A model generated the notes under the pieces. The model worked only from the letters and a program-made list of their open reading frames with translations, did no database searches and was not told where the DNA came from. From an uncultured Methanosarcinales archaeon (GTDB lineage: Archaea > Nanobdellota > Nanobdellia > Woesearchaeales > JABIAG01), in NCBI GenBank assembly GCA_964544335.1, contig CAZJAJ010000002.1:78109-142108 (forward strand): 64,000 bases of DNA. The letters are read 5' to 3'. Positions 57,754-64,000 of this stretch are shown piece by piece. Numbering within the stretch: the stretch's first letter is position 1; each line of letters starts with the position of its first letter. The position numbers and the translations under genes are program-made.

Positions 57754-57884
57754 TTTTGTGTATGATTCAATCGAAGAATAAGTCTATGTGCTCATCCTCC
57801 AGCGTATGTAAGCCATAACCGACATACCTATCGAATACACTACAGAACCCAATATGTGTTTATAAAGCTTTCTTAGAAATCACA

Positions 57885-57930
57885 AGAAGAAAAAAAATAA
57901 AACAAAAAAACCTAAGGATTAAAACTTAGG
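57885..57930 (-). terminator. hairpin (CCTAAG-TTTTAATC-CTTAGG) overlapping the HU stop codon, then a long T-tract
   Basis: Seen directly in minus-strand sense immediately after hup. The same hairpin is also followed by a T-run on the plus strand, so it may be bidirectional. Confidence 0.5.
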
Positions 57931-58179
57931 GTTTTTGGATGCTTTGAACTTCAGAACCTTCTTGGAAGGAATCTTAAGCTTAGCGCCTGTTTGTGGGTTA
58001 ACACCCATTCTAGCTTTGGTCTTAACAATTTTGAATGTACCAAATCCAACAAGACCAACATCGCCTTTCTTAACGCCTTTCATGATACCGCTCAGTACTG
58101 CGGTAAGTGCTCGTTCTGCATCTGCCTTACTACTGCCAGTTTCACCAGCAACAAATTCTACTAATTCTGCTTTATTCAT
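57919..58179 (-). CDS. hup: bacterial-type DNA-binding protein HU
   Basis: MNKAELVEFVAGETGSSKADAERALTAVLSGIMKGVKKGDVGLVGFGTFKIVKTKARMGVNPQTGAKLKIPSKKVLKFKAS is the canonical HU/IHF fold signature (GFGxF, R-x-G-R-NPxTG). The tracked ORF has a spurious N-extension. Confidence 0.85.
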   Translation of the reverse strand: MNKAELVEFVAGETGSSKADAERALTAVLSGIMKGVKKGDVGLVGFGTFKIVKTKARMGVNPQTGAKLKIPSKKVLKFKASKNPKF

Positions 58180-58284
58180 TTTGATCATATACCCCCGATA
58201 ACTCGTACTTTTCTCGTCGAACAACTCATATATAAATGTAGTGGTTAAGAATTTAGAAAACCCTGATGCAGTCAAGCAAGAAAC

Positions 58285-59037
58285 CTATTTCTCAAATTGT
58301 TTTCTGCCCTGATCTCGCTTCCCTGATTGCCACTCTTTGAGCACCGCTCGTGCAGCACGTTCTGTATCAACCTCGCCGCCTTTAATCAGATAGTGCTTTT
58401 GTCGTCCAACTGCTTCAAGAAACTCTTCAAAATCATCAAGCTCAATCCCATAGTGTTTTGCAACTTCATCACCATGTTCTTCAAGCAAATAAAACACTGC
58501 CGCTTCTGGATCTTTAATCTGCTCTGCACTCTTTGCACCAATCATTGCGTGCATATGATCATCTTTCTCTTTATACGGAATTACACCAGGAGAGTCAAGA
58601 ATCAAAAATTTCTTTGCTCGCACATGCTGCGTTCCTCTGGTATGACCTGCAACAGCAGAGGTAGAAGCTGAGCCTTTTCCCTTAAGCGCATTTGCAAGAC
58701 TACTCTTTCCCACATTAGGATATCCAAGCAGTCCCACTCGTGGAACATCATATTCAAGTTGAGAAGCAAGCGTATAAATTCGCTCTTTTAACATCTTAAT
58801 ACCATGATACTCTGTTGAGGAAACAAAAATAGCATACTTGAGTTTCTTTCGTTGCATTTCAAGGAATTCTTGATCAGACAAGTCACATTTATTGAGTGCA
58901 TAAATAAGAGGCTTGCCGCTCTTCTTTACCTTATCCTCAACTTCCTTATTTCGTGTCTCATCAATATGCCGAGCATCAAGCACCATCACAAGAATGTCTG
59001 CATCTTTAATGACCTTATTTACTGCTTTCCAAAACAT
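58285..59037 (-). CDS. circularly permuted ribosome-biogenesis GTPase (YlqF/RbgA–Nug1/Lsg1 family)
   Basis: G4 NKCD precedes G1 GYPNVGKSS and G3 DSPG. This is a permuted G-domain. Confidence 0.75.
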   Translation of the reverse strand: MFWKAVNKVIKDADILVMVLDARHIDETRNKEVEDKVKKSGKPLIYALNKCDLSDQEFLEMQRKKLKYAIFVSSTEYHGIKMLKERIYTLASQLEYDVPRVGLLGYPNVGKSSLANALKGKGSASTSAVAGHTRGTQHVRAKKFLILDSPGVIPYKEKDDHMHAMIGAKSAEQIKDPEAAVFYLLEEHGDEVAKHYGIELDDFEEFLEAVGRQKHYLIKGGEVDTERAARAVLKEWQSGKRDQGRKQFEK

Positions 59038-59117
59038 ATCACAAAAGAATCCTCTTGACTATAAAAGACTTAGCATCTATCGTTACATATATATAGCAGT
59101 AATTCAACAAAACACTT

Positions 59118-60821
59118 GTGGCTGAAAGTGAATTCATTACCTTAAGCATTGTTGTCATGTTAGCTGTGGGGATTTCAGGGCTTGTTTCTCTACTCAAGCA
59201 ACCAGCAATCATAGGCTATATCATAACAGGAATAGTTGCAGGACCACTGCTCCTTGACATTACCAGCCACAGTACAGCCTTTGAAACATTCGCATCTCTT
59301 GGTGTAACCATTCTACTATTCATGGTAGGTTTACATCTTAATCCAAAAGCAGTAAAAGAACTAGGCACCGTATCCTTACTTGCAGGTCTTGGACAAGTGC
59401 TCTTCACATTCATTGGCGGATATCTCATTGCTCTTACCATAGGATTTACAAATATTCAATCCATTTACATTGCAGTAGCACTTACGTTCTCAAGTACCAT
59501 TGTTATTCTAAAATTACTCGCAGACAAAAAAGACACCGATTCACTCTATGGTAGAATTACAATTGGTATTCTTATCATTCAAGACCTTGTTGCTATGCTT
59601 GGTCTCATGCTTGTATCCTCACTAGGATCAGAAGGTGGACTTGGAACACTTTTCACACAAGTAGTCCTACAAGGATTTGGTATGCTTGTCGTGCTTTACT
59701 TTGTAGGGAGATACGCACTTCCAAAAATTATTGATTTTATTGCAAAATCACAAGAATACTTACTTTTATTCTCAATCGGATGGTGTATCTTTATTGCAAC
59801 TATCTTTTACTATCTGAATTTTTCCATTGAAATTGGTGCACTGCTTGCAGGGGTAACATTATCCGTTTCACCCTATCGACACGAAATTAGTTCAAAAATG
59901 AGAGTACTTCGAGACTTCTTTATCTTACTCTTCTTTGTCATGTTAGGGAGTCAAATTACCTTTGATGCCCTTGCAACACAACTTGTCCCAATCATCGTAT
60001 TCTCTCTCTTTGTACTTATTGGAAACCCAATCATTGTAATGATTGTCATGGGTATGCTTGGCTACACCAAACGAACATCCTTCAAAACAGGAATGGCACT
60101 CGCACAAATCAGTGAGTTCTCACTCATCCTAGTAGGTATTGGTGTAACCGTTGGCCAAGTTGATGTGAATACACTCTCATTTGTAACCATGGTTGGAATA
60201 ATTACTATCGCCATTTCATCCTACATGATTGACTACACCAACAAACTCTATGATCTACTCAGTCCTTACATGTCTATCTTTGAAAAGAAACGAATCAAGG
60301 AAAAGAAAGTAAGAAAAAAACATAAAGATGCAAACATCATCGTCTTTGGCTGTCACAGAATTGGAACCAGCCTTGTTGATGGACTTGATCGAGCGGGAAA
60401 AAACTTCCTTGTAGTTGACTACGATCCTGAACGAATTGCAGAACTTACCCAAGAAGGAGTCAACTGTCTATTTGGTGATGCAGAAGATGCAGAGTTTATC
60501 AAAGACCTCACCACAAACAAAACACGAATGATCGTCTCATCAATTCCAGAAAAAGAAGTCAACGAAATTATTATCAAAGCAGCATTATCAAAAAATAAAA
60601 AAGTGATTGTGCTCTGCCTAGCACATAGTATTTCAGAAGCAATTGAACTCTATGATCTTGGTGCATCCTATGTCATTCTACCGCACTTCCTTGGTGGAGA
60701 TCACGCATCAACCATCCTTGATTCCTTTGGATTTAACGCAAAGAAATACCAAAAGAAGAAAGACCTACACATCAAGGATCTACACAAAAGAAGAAGCAAG
60801 GGACACGATATCAACAATTAA
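59118..60821 (+). CDS. monovalent cation:proton antiporter (CPA2/KefB-like) with C-terminal TrkA-N (RCK) domain
   Basis: ~12 TM Na+/H+-exchanger domain, then Rossmann IIVFGCHRIGTSL (GxGxxG). Confidence 0.8.
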   Translation: MAESEFITLSIVVMLAVGISGLVSLLKQPAIIGYIITGIVAGPLLLDITSHSTAFETFASLGVTILLFMVGLHLNPKAVKELGTVSLLAGLGQVLFTFIGGYLIALTIGFTNIQSIYIAVALTFSSTIVILKLLADKKDTDSLYGRITIGILIIQDLVAMLGLMLVSSLGSEGGLGTLFTQVVLQGFGMLVVLYFVGRYALPKIIDFIAKSQEYLLLFSIGWCIFIATIFYYLNFSIEIGALLAGVTLSVSPYRHEISSKMRVLRDFFILLFFVMLGSQITFDALATQLVPIIVFSLFVLIGNPIIVMIVMGMLGYTKRTSFKTGMALAQISEFSLILVGIGVTVGQVDVNTLSFVTMVGIITIAISSYMIDYTNKLYDLLSPYMSIFEKKRIKEKKVRKKHKDANIIVFGCHRIGTSLVDGLDRAGKNFLVVDYDPERIAELTQEGVNCLFGDAEDAEFIKDLTTNKTRMIVSSIPEKEVNEIIIKAALSKNKKVIVLCLAHSISEAIELYDLGASYVILPHFLGGDHASTILDSFGFNAKKYQKKKDLHIKDLHKRRSKGHDINN

Positions 60822-60869
60822 TCACCAAAAGTCCTAAAACGTTTTAAATCAATTAATTCTTACCATCTC

Positions 60870-61601
60870 ATGAAAAAAGGTGATAGAAAAACACTCTTTG
60901 GTACCTTTATATTAGTATTCTTTATCTTATTGCTCTACAACTCAATGGTGGGTTCTCAATGGGGCTTTGATAGCATCATGTCCATTATTGTCCTTGTGAT
61001 TTTCTATTACCTTGATGACTATCTTGATATCACCTATGCAGAGTTCATCGTAGGAATTATAGCACTCACTCTGCACAACCTTGGATCATTTGATTTCTAT
61101 GCATTTCAAATGGGATTCATCTATTATGATAACATTGTGCACATGGTATCCTCTCTTGCACTGGGCATGGGATTCTTTAGAGTATTCTACACCCGGTTCC
61201 ACATCGAAAACAGAGAACAACTCATTGCACTATTCTTAATGTCAATAGGTCTTGTTTCTTTACTGGGTATAGGCATAGAAACCACTGAATACGCAGGTCA
61301 TGTGTTCCTCGGAGAAGGTGATGGAATCTTCTTCACGGGAGTTGGGGACGCAAACAAACTTGGCGATCCACTCGAACAATACAAAGATGCACTTGAAGAT
61401 CTCATGTGGAACTTCTTTGGAGCACTCATTGGTGCAACCATAACACTACTTAGACTTGATACTTCTTCAGAAGGGAGGAAGTCAAAGCACCCAGAGCGAT
61501 TACCACCCAAAACACGAGATCAGAAATTAACCCCATACCTAAAAGAATTAAGTTCACAACCAGCAAAACAACCACAAAGATCGAAAGTACTTTCTTCATA
61601 A
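60870..61601 (+). CDS. membrane protein, unknown function
   Basis: 243 aa, ~6 TM helices, basic C-terminal tail. Confidence 0.4.
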   Translation: MKKGDRKTLFGTFILVFFILLLYNSMVGSQWGFDSIMSIIVLVIFYYLDDYLDITYAEFIVGIIALTLHNLGSFDFYAFQMGFIYYDNIVHMVSSLALGMGFFRVFYTRFHIENREQLIALFLMSIGLVSLLGIGIETTEYAGHVFLGEGDGIFFTGVGDANKLGDPLEQYKDALEDLMWNFFGALIGATITLLRLDTSSEGRKSKHPERLPPKTRDQKLTPYLKELSSQPAKQPQRSKVLSS

Positions 61602-62327
61602 GGGAAGCGCCTCATCATTCTTTTTTAATGCAAACGTGTGTTCACCACTAATGCTTATGCCTGCATATCTTCCTTGCTCTAAACAACGAGTGTATGTTCT
61701 ACAAGAAACATCTTTTACTGTTGCAATGATCTGATCATGTGGTGCAAAACGTGTAAGTCTATGCAAACCATGTCTACTCAAAAAAAGACCTATCTTCTCA
61801 AGTAATTGTTTACTTTGTGATTGTTGATCAAGGTATCTCATGTGGCAATTAAGTGTGCTTCCTTTTCCAACAAAAAGATGTTCCCTATTATTATACAAAT
61901 AGTGGGTATCAAAGAGTTCTTTTTCTACAACCAACGCATCGCCATCTCGAAGTGCACCAAATTCAATCTGTGGATACTCTTCAGCAAGCTCTAGCATAGT
62001 TGCAAGATCAAACAAATCGCTTCTTGCTCGAAGCATTTTCATATGAAGTCCCGTTTTATCACTTCTTCTTCCCACTTGCATAGATACAAATCCTTCAAGA
62101 AAATACTCACCCATATCAAACGTTCTATAATATGTTGCCTCTGCATGATTGCAGCGAGGACAAGAATTATCACTAAAATGACCCATCTCATCACATAAAA
62201 ATCGAAGACCCTTATACTGATGCGCACTACTCACCTCTTTATCTGAAAAACCATGAATCAATCCAAGAAGTTCATCTCTATAGAAGTTTCCAGTATCATA
62301 TCGCCTAGTAGGCAGCGTAGTGCTCAT
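61596..62327 (-). CDS. hypothetical Cys/His-rich protein
   Basis: 243 aa. CDEMGHFSDNSCPRCNH cluster. No family recognised. Confidence 0.35.
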   Translation of the reverse strand: MSTTLPTRRYDTGNFYRDELLGLIHGFSDKEVSSAHQYKGLRFLCDEMGHFSDNSCPRCNHAEATYYRTFDMGEYFLEGFVSMQVGRRSDKTGLHMKMLRARSDLFDLATMLELAEEYPQIEFGALRDGDALVVEKELFDTHYLYNNREHLFVGKGSTLNCHMRYLDQQSQSKQLLEKIGLFLSRHGLHRLTRFAPHDQIIATVKDVSCRTYTRCLEQGRYAGISISGEHTFALKKNDEALPL

Positions 62328-62369
62328 AGAAGAAGCTAACGTAGTGAAATATAAAAATCTGTTGTATGA

Positions 62370-63332
62370 TTACAGAAGATCTCTAATAGAAGCATCACAT
62401 CGATAGGTAGCATCAACAACTGCAGGAATATCCTCAAACCGCTCTACATTCCCGGGCGTTACCCACACAGGAATCCCTTTAAGTGCAACTTCGCGAATAG
62501 TATCCCATCCACAATCGTCATATTCTCTAAATCGTCTTCGAACACCCTGAGGATCATCATCTTTTCGATGTGTAAGTGGTTCTTCACATGTTCTGCAAAG
62601 ACCTTGTGGGATTCCCTCTTGAGTAAATCCAACACCAAGTGGTTGTCGCTCTATTTCAGTTGCACGTGCATTATAATCAAGATTACATGGTTTGCATTGC
62701 ATTCGGCCAACAGTTCGATTAAAAATATCATTAGGGTCAGCATGCACCAGCAACATTCCCTCAACAGGATGCCCAATATGTTTGAGGTAGTCAAATACAG
62801 GTTCAACTTGATCAGGTGATCGAAGCCACCCATCTCCAACGTACCCCATATGACCTGCACAAGGATGAATAGCACTCGTAAGGTGATACATCAGTGTATT
62901 GACAGGTGCATATAGTTTTAATTCACTATACAAGACAGCATTTCTGTCCTCTTTGTGTAATCTAAATGATTCTCCAAATGTTCTTTGAGAATACTCTTCA
63001 AGAAATGCTTCAACTGCATCTTCATTTGCAAGAAGATTTTTCAGAGTATCTTGATTTTCATCTTGATGCGCATGAATAAAATGATTAAGTACTTTTCGCG
63101 TATTCCCATTCAGTCTTTCACCAATACCTCTAAACAAAGCACCACTCTCTTTCCAAAGAAGATTTTGTCTCTTTGCAGTAACTTTAGCTCGTGCTTTTTT
63201 ACCACTGCCAGAATAACCCGTTACAATAATGCTCTTATTCTCAGGAAGCGTAGAAAGATCTGTATCATTAAAGACAATTCCTTCAAGTTGAGGATGTACA
63301 TCTTTTCCATGAATTTCATGAATATTGCTCAT
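62370..63332 (-). CDS. hypothetical P-loop NTPase with C-terminal Cys-rich (zinc-ribbon-like) region
   Basis: Walker-A-like IIVTGYSGSGKK. Later CKPC...CRTC pairs. 320 aa. Confidence 0.35.
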   Translation of the reverse strand: MSNIHEIHGKDVHPQLEGIVFNDTDLSTLPENKSIIVTGYSGSGKKARAKVTAKRQNLLWKESGALFRGIGERLNGNTRKVLNHFIHAHQDENQDTLKNLLANEDAVEAFLEEYSQRTFGESFRLHKEDRNAVLYSELKLYAPVNTLMYHLTSAIHPCAGHMGYVGDGWLRSPDQVEPVFDYLKHIGHPVEGMLLVHADPNDIFNRTVGRMQCKPCNLDYNARATEIERQPLGVGFTQEGIPQGLCRTCEEPLTHRKDDDPQGVRRRFREYDDCGWDTIREVALKGIPVWVTPGNVERFEDIPAVVDATYRCDASIRDLL

Positions 63333-63363
63333 TGTAATAGTGACTTATCGACCATTTAAAAAG

Positions 63364-63990
63364 CTATGTGGTACTATCAGGTCGCTTTCCATATCGGTGA
63401 TATCTATGTCTATAGGAAATATTGAATAACCCATACTCTGCAATTGCCTGCATGATATTATCTCGCTTAAACACAATATTGGTGTGGTGGGTATCTCTTT
63501 TTTTGCTGTAATAGTATCCAATATTCTCATCAGCACTAAGACCAATTGCCGGGTACACGCAGTCAAATAAATCTACAATCTCTTCTGCAAAATGAAGCGC
63601 AACATCCTTGTTTTTATTTCCATTCAGGTGCATTCGAAATTTGATACCTCTTGCTCTGTGCATCTTTGCAGTCATCATAATAGTAAGGTAATCAATTAAT
63701 ACCTTATTGGCAACCTTTTTCTCATCTTTGTAAACTGATTTTCTTTTTTCTTTGAGAAACTGAATGTAGGGTGGAAGCTGTGGGACAAGCGTAACTTTTC
63801 GATCAGGTTCTTCTTTTGTTCCTTCTCCTTGCTGCACACCAAGCAAAGACATCACTCTGCCATACGCTGAATTTGGAGCATACTGAATTGAACCTCTGCT
63901 CCCTTTTCTAAACGTAATACCAAGTCGTCTTTCACTAAATCTGAGTTGTTCTACAGGAACATTCTGTAAGTGCCCTACATAATTATGCAA
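63364..63990 (-). CDS. hypothetical protein
   Basis: 208-aa ORF whose start lies 10 nt from the window edge. No motif recognised. Confidence 0.3.
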   Translation of the reverse strand: MHNYVGHLQNVPVEQLRFSERRLGITFRKGSRGSIQYAPNSAYGRVMSLLGVQQGEGTKEEPDRKVTLVPQLPPYIQFLKEKRKSVYKDEKKVANKVLIDYLTIMMTAKMHRARGIKFRMHLNGNKNKDVALHFAEEIVDLFDCVYPAIGLSADENIGYYYSKKRDTHHTNIVFKRDNIMQAIAEYGLFNISYRHRYHRYGKRPDSTT

Positions 63991-64000
63991 ATTACCACTC

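Noticed and set aside
57911-57936. Hairpin+T-run at the HU 3' end as a plus-strand terminator
   Set aside because: No plus-strand gene ends immediately upstream (rps15 and hup are both on the minus strand). It is interpreted primarily as the minus-strand hup terminator, though it is structurally bidirectional.
1-64000. CRISPR arrays, IS elements, integrases or prophage genes
   Set aside because: No regularly spaced direct repeats with unique spacers, no transposase or integrase-like ORFs, and no phage structural genes were seen. The only insertion-like features are the two ~65-nt hairpin elements reported above.

Overview
This 64-kb window looks like a low-GC archaeal chromosome segment, possibly from a small-genome DPANN-like lineage. 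That assignment is an inference from gene content, because no search could be run.

The backbone is archaeal information-processing genes:
- Translation and tRNA metabolism: aIF-1A, aRF1 with its GGQ motif, archaeal-type Pth2, GatCAB, arginyl-, threonyl- and seryl-tRNA synthetases, and ribosomal proteins L37ae, S17e and S15.
- Archaeal hallmarks: the conserved L37ae–Rpo12–Pcc1–prefoldin-beta–UPF0147 block, Alba, DRG GTPase, Cdc48, SRP54, Lrp and an AbrB/PhoU regulator.
- DNA repair: Mre11, HerA and an XPD helicase.
- Metabolic and other: CTP synthase, a DCD-type dCTP deaminase, NIF3 and Fe/Mn SOD.

Interleaved with these are clearly bacterial-type genes. The most striking is a complete sigma-70 family sigma factor. 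Others are HU, NrdR, RlmH and a MutY/EndoIII-like glycosylase.

RNA genes:
- tRNA-Leu(GAG) and tRNA-Lys(CTT), both on the minus strand.
- Two divergent 5S-rRNA-like genes in inverted orientation, at ~33.4 kb on the minus strand and ~54.5 kb on the plus strand. Their terminal helix covaries. One copy carries a 55-nt insertion. Each copy is followed by a partial duplicate of its internal hairpin and a T-tract.

The most novel observation is a ~65-nt two-hairpin element with a conserved AGCAAAGCG loop. It sits once at the 3' end of srp54 and once at the 5' end of tRNA-Lys. Each copy is flanked by direct duplications of the adjacent gene end, and the hairpin stem shows a compensatory change between copies. 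This looks like a previously undescribed miniature insertion or structured-RNA element.

Other points of interest:
- A Tpa1/OGFOD1-like two-domain prolyl-hydroxylase gene is split at a G6 tract.
- A large LamG surface-protein gene is frameshifted.
- Two small ORFs missing from the ORF track: Rpo12 (45 aa) and a DUF1931 histone-fold protein (53 aa).
- Repeated motifs upstream of xpd.
- An uncharacterised three-gene cluster at the 3' end of the window.

No CRISPR array, IS element or integrase is visible.
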